DNA from: Flexivirga sp.
GTDB lineage: Bacteria; Actinomycetota; Actinomycetes; Actinomycetales; Dermatophilaceae
DNA length: 64,000 bases
Direction of reading: 5' to 3'
Assembly: GCF_051955415.1 (NCBI RefSeq)
Contig: NZ_JBQCGS010000071.1
Coordinates: forward strand, 688-64,687
Shown here: positions 26,069-35,387 of the stretch, piece by piece
Layout of the letters: the number at the start of each line of letters is the position of its first letter
Position numbering within the stretch: the stretch's first letter is position 1
The notes under the pieces: generated by a model
Told to the model about the DNA's origin: nothing
The model's input: the letters and a program-made list of their open reading frames with translations, nothing else
Databases searched by the model: none
Position numbers and translations under genes: made by a program

Positions 26069-28143
26069 TCGACAACCACGACAGCTTCACGCACAACCTG
26101 CTGCAGTTGCTGCGGGAGTTCGCCGCGGTGACCGTGGAGGTGGTCCGCAACGACGAGCCGCTGCCGCTGGGCTGGACCGCCCGCTTCGACGCCGTCGTCA
26201 TCTCACCCGGCCCTGGCCACCCCGGCGTGCCGGCCGATGTCGGGACGTCGCGGCAGGTGCTCGAACACAGCGAGCTGCCGGTCCTCGGGGTGTGCCTGGG
26301 CCATCAGCTGCTCGGGCTGCTGCACGGCTGCCCGGTGGAGCGATCCGATCACCCGAGACACGGCGAATCATCGGTGATCTCGCACGCCGGCGATCCGTTG
26401 TTCGACGGCATACCAGGCGAATTCACCGCCGTGCGCTATCACAGCCTCGAGGTCACGACCGTCGTCGCGCCCATCGAACCGCTGGCGTATGCCGACGACG
26501 GCACGCTGATGGCGCTGCGTGTCGCGGGCCGGCCCCGCTGGGGCGTGCAGTTCCACCCCGAGTCGATCGAGAGCAGCTTCGGGTCGACCCTGATCGGCAA
26601 CTTCCTGCGGCTCGCGGCGAGCGCCGACGACCCGGCCGGCTCACGCCTGCCGAGCCGGCAACGATCGCTCCGGCTCGACCGGCCGCTGACGGTCGAGCAG
26701 GTGCTGCGGCTGTGCCCGACGGCGCCGGACGTCGTGCTGGACGGCATCTCGACGGCATACCGCGGCAGCTGCACCGTGATCGGCTGGACCGATGCGCACT
26801 GCGGCCACCGACTGCTCGGCACGGTCGGCGACGGCACCCGGCTGGTGCGGGACGGCACGGTCACCGACCTGCCGACCGGGATCCTGGACACCTTGCAACG
26901 CCGGCTGCGCGCTGCAGCCGGGCGGCTGGAGACCGTCGGCGACGACCCCGGCGTGGTGCTCGGGTATGCCGGCTACTTCGGCTACGAGGTCGGCACGGAA
27001 CTGGTCGGGCTGCCGGCATCGCATCCACGAGGCGCGCACGACTGGCCGGATGCCTGGTGGCTGCTGGTCACCCGCGCAGTGGTGGTGGACGACGAGAACC
27101 GTTGCCATCTGGTCGGTCTGGACGATCCGGACGACGCCTCGGCGGTCGCCTCGCTGGATCGGTGGCGCGCCGAGCTGCACCCGCTGCTGGCGGGCGACAT
27201 ACCGGCGGCGGACGATGCCGAGCCCCGGACCGGGTCGGCCGCGCTCGAGCAGGTCGAGGACGCCACGTCAGCCGAGGGCTACCTGCGGCTGGTCGGCGAC
27301 TGCCAGCAGGCGATCGCCCGGGGTGAGTCCTACGAGTTGTGCCTCACCCGCCGGATCCGCGGCCGTTTCACCGGCGACCCGCTGCGACTCTTCGGCTCGG
27401 TGCGCGCGGCCGGTGCGGTGCCGCACGCGGCATACCTGCGCCTGGATGACCGGCGGACCGTCGTGTCCGCCTCGCCCGAGCTGTTCCTGCGGGTCGACGC
27501 CCGCGGGCACGCGGTGAGTGCCCCGATCAAGGGCACCCGGCGCAGCAGCGGGGACCCCGCCCGCGACGCGGCGAGCGCCGCCGAGCTGGCCCGCTCCGCC
27601 AAGGATCGCGCCGAGAACCTGATGATCGTGGATCTGGTCCGCAACGACCTCAACCGGATCGCCGTGCCGGGCAGCACGCGGGTCACCGAGCTGTATGGCG
27701 TCCGGCGCTTCCCCACCGTCATACAACTGGTGAGCACGATCGAGTGCGAACTGCCGGCCGACCGTGACGCGCTGGATCTGGTGCGGGTGGCGTTCCCGCC
27801 GGGCTCGATGACCGGTGCGCCGAAGGAGCGCTCGGTGCAGCTGCTCGGGCGTCTGGAGGCGGAGCGGCGCGGCGTCTACTCCGGATCCATCGGGCTGCTG
27901 GGGCTGGACGGCACGGCCACGCTCAATGTGGCGATCCGCACCGTGCAGCTGACCGGTGACCGCTTCGTGCTCGGCGTCGGCGGTGCGATCACCCGGTTGT
28001 CCGACCCGGACGCCGAGTGGCAGGAGACGGTCGACAAGGCGCAGTCGATGCTGCGGGCGATGGCGGCAGCGCCCGGACCACCCGAGCGTCGGGCCGGCGA
28101 CTCCCGTTTACCGACCGGACACGAACGGGCTGACCGGACATGA
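26053..28143 (+). CDS. pabB: Aminodeoxychorismate synthase, fused glutamine amidotransferase + component I (PabAB)
   Basis: N-terminal GATase (VLLIDNHDSFTHNL, GVCLGHQ, QFHPES) and C-terminal chorismate-binding domain (SPELFLR...PIKGT...AENLMIVDLVRND...PPGSMTGAPK...GGAI). Confidence 0.85.
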   Translation: MRVLLIDNHDSFTHNLLQLLREFAAVTVEVVRNDEPLPLGWTARFDAVVISPGPGHPGVPADVGTSRQVLEHSELPVLGVCLGHQLLGLLHGCPVERSDHPRHGESSVISHAGDPLFDGIPGEFTAVRYHSLEVTTVVAPIEPLAYADDGTLMALRVAGRPRWGVQFHPESIESSFGSTLIGNFLRLAASADDPAGSRLPSRQRSLRLDRPLTVEQVLRLCPTAPDVVLDGISTAYRGSCTVIGWTDAHCGHRLLGTVGDGTRLVRDGTVTDLPTGILDTLQRRLRAAAGRLETVGDDPGVVLGYAGYFGYEVGTELVGLPASHPRGAHDWPDAWWLLVTRAVVVDDENRCHLVGLDDPDDASAVASLDRWRAELHPLLAGDIPAADDAEPRTGSAALEQVEDATSAEGYLRLVGDCQQAIARGESYELCLTRRIRGRFTGDPLRLFGSVRAAGAVPHAAYLRLDDRRTVVSASPELFLRVDARGHAVSAPIKGTRRSSGDPARDAASAAELARSAKDRAENLMIVDLVRNDLNRIAVPGSTRVTELYGVRRFPTVIQLVSTIECELPADRDALDLVRVAFPPGSMTGAPKERSVQLLGRLEAERRGVYSGSIGLLGLDGTATLNVAIRTVQLTGDRFVLGVGGAITRLSDPDAEWQETVDKAQSMLRAMAAAPGPPERRAGDSRLPTGHERADRT

Positions 28144-28166
28144 ATACTCACCGGTAGCGGACTGAT

Positions 28167-28250
28167 TTTCGTGTCCCGTCGGTGTTCTTTGTGTCCGCTC
28201 GGTGGTGGGGGCTCGCTGGTGTGGGCTCGCTGGTGGGCTCGGCGGCGAGC
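28167..28250. repeat. Array of short degenerate tandem repeats ending in a palindrome
   Basis: TTTCGTGTCCCGTCGGTG / TTTGTGTCCGCTCGGTG / GGGGCTCGCTGGTG / TGGGCTCGCTGGTG / GGCTCG-gcgg-CGAGCC, between convergent pabAB and TetR genes. Confidence 0.65.
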
Positions 28251-28256
28251 CAACGA

Positions 28257-28937
28257 TCAGGCGTTCGGCGCTCCGAAGCGGAGGCCGTCGTAGATGAGGT
28301 CGACGACGGCGAGTGAGGTCTCCTGGCCTTCCGGGGTGGTCGAGGCCAGACATACGCCGCCGAGGGCGCGGGTCAGCTCCATCGGGGTGGCGTCCGGGCG
28401 GATGACGCCCGCGTCGATCGCCGGCTGGAGCACCCGGGCGGCGGACTCGCGCATGCGGTTGCGGGCCGACTCGAAGGTCTCCGGGTTGCCCTGCATCATC
28501 GAGCGCAGCAGGTTGATCAGGCCCATCTTGACGGCGTAATAGCCGACGAAGCCGCGCATCCACTCATGCAGGGCCTCGCCCGGCTCGAGCTCCTTCGGCA
28601 GGTCGTAGGAGCGTTGTTCCAGCGCCGCGACCTGGTCGCCATACACCGCGAGCACGAGGTCGCAGCGGGTCGGGAAGTGCCGGTAGAGGGTGCCGATGCC
28701 GACGCCGGCGCGCTTGGCGATCTCATCCAGCGTGGTGTCGACGTCGTCGGTGAAGGCCGTGGTCGCGACGTCGATCAGCTTCTGCCGGTTGCGGGCGGCA
28801 TCCGCGCGCAACGGCTTGCCGCACGCACCCAGCGCCGACGAATCCGTTGATCTGTCAACGTTTTCCGATCCATCGGACGCCGTCTTGGACGAGCGCTTCG
28901 ACGCCGTTGCCGAGCCGCTTGTGGCCATCGTTCTCAC
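28257..28937 (-). CDS. TetR family transcriptional regulator
   Basis: HTH TLDEIAKRAGVGIGTLYRHFPTR. Divergent from an MFS gene. Start GTG 28937 or ATG 28928. Confidence 0.9.
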   Translation of the reverse strand: MRTMATSGSATASKRSSKTASDGSENVDRSTDSSALGACGKPLRADAARNRQKLIDVATTAFTDDVDTTLDEIAKRAGVGIGTLYRHFPTRCDLVLAVYGDQVAALEQRSYDLPKELEPGEALHEWMRGFVGYYAVKMGLINLLRSMMQGNPETFESARNRMRESAARVLQPAIDAGVIRPDATPMELTRALGGVCLASTTPEGQETSLAVVDLIYDGLRFGAPNA

Positions 28938-28965
28938 ACCTCATGGCAATCCCCGGTTGCTAAAC

Positions 28966-29007
28966 CGGAGGATTCCTCCGTATAGTTCTAAACGGAGATC
29001 ATCTCCG
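28966..29007. promoter_or_regulatory. Two 15-bp palindromes, candidate TetR operators
   Basis: CGGAGGA-T-TCCTCCG (28966-28980) and CGGAGAT-C-ATCTCCG (28993-29007) in the TetR/MFS divergent spacer. Confidence 0.6.
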
Positions 29008-29050
29008 CTTCTATTCATGGTACGCCTCGCTCTCGCGAAGGACACAACTC

Positions 29051-30667
29051 GTGACCATTACTACCAAGTCTCGCCGCACCGCGGCGGGCACAACCAACAA
29101 CAACTCGGCATCAGAAAACGGTCGGGTCTCGATACGTGCTCGCCTAGCGGCTCGCCCCACTCGACCAGCGACCGGCGGCGAGGCCAAGCGCCTGGTGCTG
29201 ACGGCCGTGCTCGTCACCCAGCTGATGCTGGTGCTCGACGCCGCGATCGTGAACATCGCCCTGCCGGACATCGGCTCCGAACTGCACATGAGCTCCACCT
29301 CGCTGTCGTGGATCGTCAACGCCTACACGCTCGCCTTCGGCGGCCTCCTGCTGCTGGGCGCCCGCGCCGGCGACCTGGTCGGGCGGCGCGTCACCTTCCT
29401 CGCCGGTATGGCGGTCTTCGTCGCCGCTTCGTTCGCCGGCGGCCTCTCCCAGGGGGAGGCACTGCTGCTGGCCTCGCGGGCCCTGCAGGGTGCCGGCGCG
29501 GCCTTCGCCGCACCGTCCGCCCTCGCCATCCTGATGTCCCTCTACAAACCCGGCGCCGAGCAGACCCGCGCCATCGGCTGGTACACCGTCGTCTCCGCCT
29601 CCGGCGCCGCCACCGGGCTGCTCGCCGGCGGCATCCTGACCTCGGTCGCGTCCTGGCGCTGGGTCTTCTTCGTCAACGTCCCGATCGGTGTGGCCGTGCT
29701 GGTCGCGGGCTTCCGGGCGCTCTCCCGGGAGAAGGGCGCCCCGGGATCCGCGAGCGCACCGGGCAGGGGATCGGTCGACGTGACCGGTGCGCTGCTGGTC
29801 ACCGTCGGCATGACGTCCGTCGTCTACGGATTCATCCGGGCCGCGTCCGACGGCTGGACCGACGGCGGCACGCTCGCCGCATTCGGGCTGGGCCTGGTGC
29901 TGCTGGCCATCTTCGTCGCGGTCGAGTTGCGGGCAGCGGCGCCGGTGATGCCGCTGCGGCTCTTCGCCGACCGGGATCGGGCCACGGCATACCTGGCCCG
30001 GCTGATGCTGGTGGCGGGCTCGCTCGGGTCGTTCTTCTTCATGAGCCAGTACATGCAGATCGTGCTCGGCTGGACGCCGTGGCAGTCCGGGGTGGCATTC
30101 CTGCCCTTCCCGGTGACGATCTTCATCAGCTCGCAACTGGTGGCCCGGGTCATCTCCAACCACTACTCGACCAAGGCGATCGCCGCCGTCGGCACCCTGC
30201 TGTCGACCATCGGCATGCTGATGCTGACGACGCTGACCGAGCACACCTCCTATCTGCAGATGCTGCCGGCGTTCGTCGTCTTCGCCCTCGGCAACGGCAT
30301 CGCGTTCGTGCCGCTGACCACGGCCGGGCTGTCCCGGGTGGAGCCGTCCGACACCTCGGTCGCCTCGGGCCTGGTCAACGTCACCCAGCAGTTGGGCGGC
30401 GCGCTCGGACTCGCGGTGCTGGTGACGGTCTTCGCCACGGCCGGCAAGGACCCGGCGGTCGCGCCCGGCGCGAGCCAGCACGCCATACACACCTTCGTGA
30501 CCGGCGCGGATCGCGGATTCCAGGTCGGCGGCGTGATGCTCTTCATCGCCTTCGCGCTGGTGATGCTGGTGATGCGGCGCCCGTCGAAGGACGCGGCGTC
30601 CCGCGACACGGCAGCGCCGGTGGAGCAGCTGCGCGACACCGAGGAGATCGCCCTGGAGGTCGGGTGA
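29051..30667 (+). CDS. MFS transporter, DHA2 (EmrB/QacA, 14-TM) family
   Basis: LDAAIVNIALPDI, WIVNAYTLAFGGLLLLGARAGDLVGRR, about 14 TM. The GTG start at 29051 puts repeat copy B in frame. A later GTG (near 29195) would place it in the leader. Confidence 0.85.
   Translation: MTITTKSRRTAAGTTNNNSASENGRVSIRARLAARPTRPATGGEAKRLVLTAVLVTQLMLVLDAAIVNIALPDIGSELHMSSTSLSWIVNAYTLAFGGLLLLGARAGDLVGRRVTFLAGMAVFVAASFAGGLSQGEALLLASRALQGAGAAFAAPSALAILMSLYKPGAEQTRAIGWYTVVSASGAATGLLAGGILTSVASWRWVFFVNVPIGVAVLVAGFRALSREKGAPGSASAPGRGSVDVTGALLVTVGMTSVVYGFIRAASDGWTDGGTLAAFGLGLVLLAIFVAVELRAAAPVMPLRLFADRDRATAYLARLMLVAGSLGSFFFMSQYMQIVLGWTPWQSGVAFLPFPVTIFISSQLVARVISNHYSTKAIAAVGTLLSTIGMLMLTTLTEHTSYLQMLPAFVVFALGNGIAFVPLTTAGLSRVEPSDTSVASGLVNVTQQLGGALGLAVLVTVFATAGKDPAVAPGASQHAIHTFVTGADRGFQVGGVMLFIAFALVMLVMRRPSKDAASRDTAAPVEQLRDTEEIALEVG
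29125..29169 (+). repeat. Dispersed repeat family, copy B
   Basis: GGTCTCGATACGTGCTCGCCTAGCGGCTCGCCCCACTCGACCAGC. Confidence 0.75.
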
Positions 30668-30885
30668 GTCCGTAGCACCTAGCTGCGGGGTAATCGGCGC
30701 GGTCCGGGATCGGGGGTCTCGGGCCGCGCTGAGCCTTCTGCCTTCGCTCCTCGCGGGCTAGCGGCAGCCCAAACCCGGTGTCGCAAAGTCATCGGGCCCG
30801 AATATGTTGGTGCCGTGGCGGATCGGCGCACTGCCGGAGACGCGTGCCACCGGTCCGAGGGACGCGGCGAGCACGAAGGTGGCGC

Positions 30886-31668
30886 ATGCGCATGAGACTG
30901 CACGGCAGCTTCGCACTCGTCACCGGCAGCAGTGGCGGCCTGGGTGCCGCCGTCGCCGCTGAGCTCCACCGCCACGGTGTGCGGGTCGTCGTCCACGGCC
31001 GGGATCCGCAGCGCACCGGCGACGTCGCCCGCGAGCTCGGAGCCCACCATGTGCTGGCCGATCTGGCCGACCCGACCCAGCACGAGCGCCTCGTCGCCGA
31101 GGCCACCGCGGCGCACGGCCGGCTCGACCTGGTCGTGCACAACGCCGGCGTCGGCTGGCAGGGGGCGTTCGACAGCATGCCGCCCGAGCGCATCCCCCAC
31201 CTCATCGCGACCGATCTCACCGCCCCGATCGCGCTGACCCGTCGGGTGCTGCCCGGAATGCTCGCCGCCGGACACGGACAGCTGTGCTTCGTCACCAGCA
31301 TCGCCGGACGCACCGGGGTCGCCGGCGAGGCCGTGTATGCCGCCACCAAGGCCGCCCTGGACGCCTTCGCCGACTCGTTGCGGCTGGAAGCGGCCGGGAC
31401 CGGTGTCGAGGTCACCACGTTCGTCCCGGGCGTCGTCGACACCGACTTCTTCACCCGGCGTGGCACCCCCTACCAACGCCGACGGCCCCGCCCGCGGGAC
31501 GTGGAATCCGTTGCCCGGCAGGTCGTTTCGCTGATCGCATCCGGACGGCCCGAACGGTTTGCCGACCCAGCCCTCCGGGTAGCACCGGTCGTGCGGTCGG
31601 CATGGCCGGCGGCATACACGCGGTTGGCCGGGCGTTGGGGCGAGAAGACCCGGTTAGGAGACGACTGA
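30886..31668 (+). CDS. SDR family oxidoreductase
   Basis: ORF 30778..31668. ATG 30886. ALVTGSSGGLGAAV, NAG, YAATKAAL motifs. Confidence 0.85.
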   Translation: MRMRLHGSFALVTGSSGGLGAAVAAELHRHGVRVVVHGRDPQRTGDVARELGAHHVLADLADPTQHERLVAEATAAHGRLDLVVHNAGVGWQGAFDSMPPERIPHLIATDLTAPIALTRRVLPGMLAAGHGQLCFVTSIAGRTGVAGEAVYAATKAALDAFADSLRLEAAGTGVEVTTFVPGVVDTDFFTRRGTPYQRRRPRPRDVESVARQVVSLIASGRPERFADPALRVAPVVRSAWPAAYTRLAGRWGEKTRLGDD

Positions 31669-32571
31669 ATGCTGTGGCTGGTCCTCCTGCTCGCCTGTGC
31701 GGCCGCGTTCGCGTTCGCGCTGTCGGCGATGCTCGAGCAACGCGCCGCCTCGCAGGCCACCGGCGAACACTCACTGGGCACCGTGCACGGCTTCTCGGCG
31801 TTCGTGCGTGCGCTGGTCCGCCGCAAGCTGTGGCTGACCGGTTTCGTGATCAACAACCTCGGCTTCGTGATCCAGGCCGCGGCGCTGCACCTCGGCAGTG
31901 TCGCCCTGGTCCAGCCGGTGATGGTCAGCCAGGTGCTCTTCGCGCTGCTGCTGACCGGTGTGGGCAGTCGGCTGACCCCGGGCCTGAAGGACTGGGCCTA
32001 CGTGTTGTGCATCTGCGCCGGCCTCATCGTCCTGCTGTCGGTCGGCGGCGCCGCGCCCCTGCACGGCACCCCCAACCGGGAGCAGGTCATCTGGGTACTG
32101 CTGGCGATGGTCGCCGTGGTCGTGCTGCTGGTCCTCTTCGCGCGGCAGCAGAGCGACCCGCGCGCGTCCAGCCTGATGCTGGCCGTCGCGGCCGGAGTCT
32201 GCTTCGCCGGCAACGCCGTGCTCACCAAGCTGACCACCGAGGATCTCTTCGGTCCGGGAGTGCTGCACACCGCGCTGGACTGGCCGGGCTACAGCCTCGC
32301 GGTCGCCACCGCGTCCGGCCTGCTGATCGAGCAGGCCGCCTTCGCCAACGGCTCGCTGCCGTGGGCCGTTGCGGCGATGAGCATCACCAACCCGGTGATC
32401 AGCTACCTGGCCGGCATCTTCGGCTTCCACGTCACCGCCCCGCACACGCCGGGCGCGCTCGCCGCGGTGTCGGTGACCGCGGTGCTCATCGGCATCGGCA
32501 TCGCCGGTCTGGCCCATTCACCGCTCACTCGCAGTGAAACACGGGACCACTCACAGGTGGCGGTGACATAG
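31669..32571 (+). CDS. DMT-superfamily-like (NIPA/EamA-like) membrane protein
   Basis: 300 aa, about 9 TM. Its ATG immediately follows the SDR stop (TGAATG). Confidence 0.6.
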   Translation: MLWLVLLLACAAAFAFALSAMLEQRAASQATGEHSLGTVHGFSAFVRALVRRKLWLTGFVINNLGFVIQAAALHLGSVALVQPVMVSQVLFALLLTGVGSRLTPGLKDWAYVLCICAGLIVLLSVGGAAPLHGTPNREQVIWVLLAMVAVVVLLVLFARQQSDPRASSLMLAVAAGVCFAGNAVLTKLTTEDLFGPGVLHTALDWPGYSLAVATASGLLIEQAAFANGSLPWAVAAMSITNPVISYLAGIFGFHVTAPHTPGALAAVSVTAVLIGIGIAGLAHSPLTRSETRDHSQVAVT

Positions 32572-32579
32572 TGTGATAC

Positions 32580-33245
32580 ATGCCTTCGCGACCAGTAGCG
32601 CAGCAGGGGGCCTGCGCCCTGATCATCGACCGGGAGTTCGTGCGCACCTCCGCGTTACGGGCGGGTCGGATGTTGCTCGAGGCGGTCGTCATACCCGCCC
32701 TCATCCTGTATGCCGCGCTGGCCACCGTCGGCCAGCTCTGGGGGCTGATCTCGGTGCTGGTGTGGTCCGGCCTGATCGTCGCGGTGCGGCTGCGGACGCA
32801 GTCGTCGGTGCCGCGCACGCTCCTCATGGCGGTGCTGATGCTGGTCGGGCGCACCACACTCTCGCTGGCGTTGTCCAGCGTCTACATCTACGTGCTGCAG
32901 CCGATCGCCGGATCCTTGCTGATGGCCTTGATCTTCCTGGGCAGCGCGGCCATCGGACGGCCGATCACCAAGCACCTGGCCCGCGACTTCATCGCGCTGC
33001 CGCAGATGCTGATGCACGACAAACGGGCACACCGGATGTTCAGCCAGGTCTGCATCCTGTGGGGCGCGTCCCGGCTCATCGACGTCGGCATGAGCATGGG
33101 CTTCCTGCAGTTCGGCGCGCGCAACGCCATCCTGTCGCGCGGCGTCTTCAGCACGTCGCTGACACTGCTGACCGTCGCCGTCTGCATCGCCTGGGGCTGG
33201 AGCCGGTTGCGCCGGATGCCCGAGTTCTCGATCTCGTTCGCTTAG
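32580..33245 (+). CDS. Hypothetical polytopic membrane protein
   Basis: 221 aa, about 5-6 TM, 8 nt after the previous gene. No family recognised. Confidence 0.6.
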   Translation: MPSRPVAQQGACALIIDREFVRTSALRAGRMLLEAVVIPALILYAALATVGQLWGLISVLVWSGLIVAVRLRTQSSVPRTLLMAVLMLVGRTTLSLALSSVYIYVLQPIAGSLLMALIFLGSAAIGRPITKHLARDFIALPQMLMHDKRAHRMFSQVCILWGASRLIDVGMSMGFLQFGARNAILSRGVFSTSLTLLTVAVCIAWGWSRLRRMPEFSISFA

Positions 33246-33270
33246 CGGTGCCGTTCGGCGGTGCCTCGCC

Positions 33271-35304
33271 GTGAGCGCCACCCAGGACCACCGCCATCAC
33301 CCGGTGCACCTGCCCTCGCTGCACTGGCCCGCCGTGCCACGCGCACACCGGCCGCGGTTGCGCACCGAGCTGCTGGGCGGGCTCGCGCTCTTCGTGGTCT
33401 ACCTGTTGGTCGACGCGCTCAACGGCCCGTCGCGCGCCGCCGTGGCGAAGACGCACGCCGAGCGCGTCATACAGCTGGAGCAGTGGTTGCACCTCGACAT
33501 CGAGGGGTCGCTCAACTCCTGGCTGGCCGCGCGGCCCGGGCTGATGACGGCGGCCAACTACGAATACGCCTCGACCTACATCGTCTCGGCCGCCCTGCTG
33601 CTGGTCATCACCTACGTGTGGACGCCGGCGCTCTACCGGCAGGCACGCAACTCCTTCGCGCTGCTCAACCTGATGGCGTTCGGCTGTTTCGCGTTGCTGC
33701 CGCTGATGCCGCCACGGATGATGCCGGGGTTCGTCGACACCGTGGCGACCGGTGGCTCGGTCGGTTCGTGGGGTTCCCCGATCGTGGCCGGCGCCAACCA
33801 GTTGGCGGCGATGCCGTCCCTGCACATCGCCTGGGCGCTGTGGGTCAGCGTGATGCTGGCCCGGATGTCGCGCCGCCGATGGCTGCAGGTGGCGAGCGCG
33901 TTCCACGTGGCCGTGACGCTGTATGTCGTGGTCGCGACCGCCAACCACTACGTGCTCGACGCGGTCGGGGCGGGCATCGTCGTGGTGGCCGCGGTCGCGC
34001 TCACCGAATGGCGCGCACGACGCCGCCCGGGTGCGGCGCTGCCCACCGCCGACGCGTTCTTCCTGGACGTCGAGCGCCCCGGGCATGCGCAGAACGTCGG
34101 CGGGTTGGCGCTGCTCGGACCGACGGCACCCACCCTGCAGGACCTGCACGAGACGCTGGCCGCCCAGCTGGGCCGGTTGCCGCACTTCACCGACCGGCTC
34201 GCGTCACCTGCACTGCACCGCTGGGTGCCCGCCGGGCCGATCGACTGGTCGCACCACCTGGTCGAGCGGTCCCTGCCGGACGGCGCCGGTCCGGCGGCGC
34301 TGGACGAGCTGGTCGGGCAGCTCACCTCCGAGGAACTGCCGCGCGACCGGCCGCTGTGGCGGGCCTGGCTGATCCACGGCCTCGGTGACGAAGCGGCCTT
34401 CTGCATCGTGATGCACCACTGCATGGCCGATGGCATCGGAGCCGTCGCGAAGCTGCTGCACATCCTGCAACCGCCCTATCGACTGCCGATCCCCGACCGG
34501 GACGGCCCATCGGCGCTGCAGCGCGGAGCGGGCGTCATACAGGGACTGGCGCAGCTGGCGACCGACGGCAGACCGGCGGCCCAACTGCCTCGCGGCGGGA
34601 CACGGCGCGGGTTCGCCACCCTCGAGGTGCCGCTGGAGCAGGTCCGCGCCGCCGCCCGCGCGCACCGGATGCGGGTCACCGAGCTGCTGCTGGCCGCCAC
34701 CGGGAGCGCCCTGGCACACACCGATCCGAACCTCGCGAGATCGTGCGCCGGGCAGCTGCGCGTGTCCGTCCCGGTCATGCTTCGCGCGCCCGCTGACAAC
34801 AGCGACGACACCGGCAACGACACCGACGGCGGCAACCTGACCGGGGCGGTCATCGTCGACACCCCGGCCCGCGACGCACCGATCGCCGCGCTACGCGATG
34901 AGGTTCGTGACCACGCGAGCGCCATCCGCACACCGACCCGGGCGCTCGCCTCACGGTGGGTGATGGCCACGGCGCTGCGTGCCGTGCCCCACGCGGGCCG
35001 GCGGTGGTTCGCCCGAACGGTCTACGGCCCCCAGTATTTCCAGGCGATCGTGTCGAACATGCCCGGCCCGGACCAGCGGTTCACCCTCGCCGGTGCTCCG
35101 GTCGGACGGGTGCAGCCGATCCTGCCCCCGGCACCCGGCATCCCGCTGACCATCGGGGCGCTGAGCTGGTGCGGATCGCTCGGCATCACGGTGGTCACCG
35201 ACGCGGACCTGCTGGATGCGCGCGACTTCGCCGACGCACTCGGCGAACGACTCGCCACGGCGGTGAGCGACCTCGTCGCCGAGCCCGGCTCTACGAGAGT
35301 CTGA
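33271..35304 (+). CDS. Fusion: PAP2_C (IPC/sphingomyelin-synthase-like) membrane domain + WS/DGAT acyltransferase
   Basis: The N-terminal ~250 aa are polytopic with AMPSLHIAW and ATANHYVLDAVG motifs. The C-terminal ~420 aa carry the WS/DGAT active site VMHHCMADGIG. Single uninterrupted ORF. Confidence 0.8.
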   Translation: MSATQDHRHHPVHLPSLHWPAVPRAHRPRLRTELLGGLALFVVYLLVDALNGPSRAAVAKTHAERVIQLEQWLHLDIEGSLNSWLAARPGLMTAANYEYASTYIVSAALLLVITYVWTPALYRQARNSFALLNLMAFGCFALLPLMPPRMMPGFVDTVATGGSVGSWGSPIVAGANQLAAMPSLHIAWALWVSVMLARMSRRRWLQVASAFHVAVTLYVVVATANHYVLDAVGAGIVVVAAVALTEWRARRRPGAALPTADAFFLDVERPGHAQNVGGLALLGPTAPTLQDLHETLAAQLGRLPHFTDRLASPALHRWVPAGPIDWSHHLVERSLPDGAGPAALDELVGQLTSEELPRDRPLWRAWLIHGLGDEAAFCIVMHHCMADGIGAVAKLLHILQPPYRLPIPDRDGPSALQRGAGVIQGLAQLATDGRPAAQLPRGGTRRGFATLEVPLEQVRAAARAHRMRVTELLLAATGSALAHTDPNLARSCAGQLRVSVPVMLRAPADNSDDTGNDTDGGNLTGAVIVDTPARDAPIAALRDEVRDHASAIRTPTRALASRWVMATALRAVPHAGRRWFARTVYGPQYFQAIVSNMPGPDQRFTLAGAPVGRVQPILPPAPGIPLTIGALSWCGSLGITVVTDADLLDARDFADALGERLATAVSDLVAEPGSTRV

Positions 35305-35387
35305 GGCAGAGCTCCTCCCTGGTGGCCTGGTCCTCATGCGCAGGTCGTCGGTCCACGAAAGATCCTGCAGCGGGCGATCCCGCCGGG

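Noticed and set aside
30679-31476. 265-aa ORF on the - strand
   Set aside because: Antisense to the SDR gene (30886-31668), which has the TGxxxGxG, NAG and YxxxK motifs.
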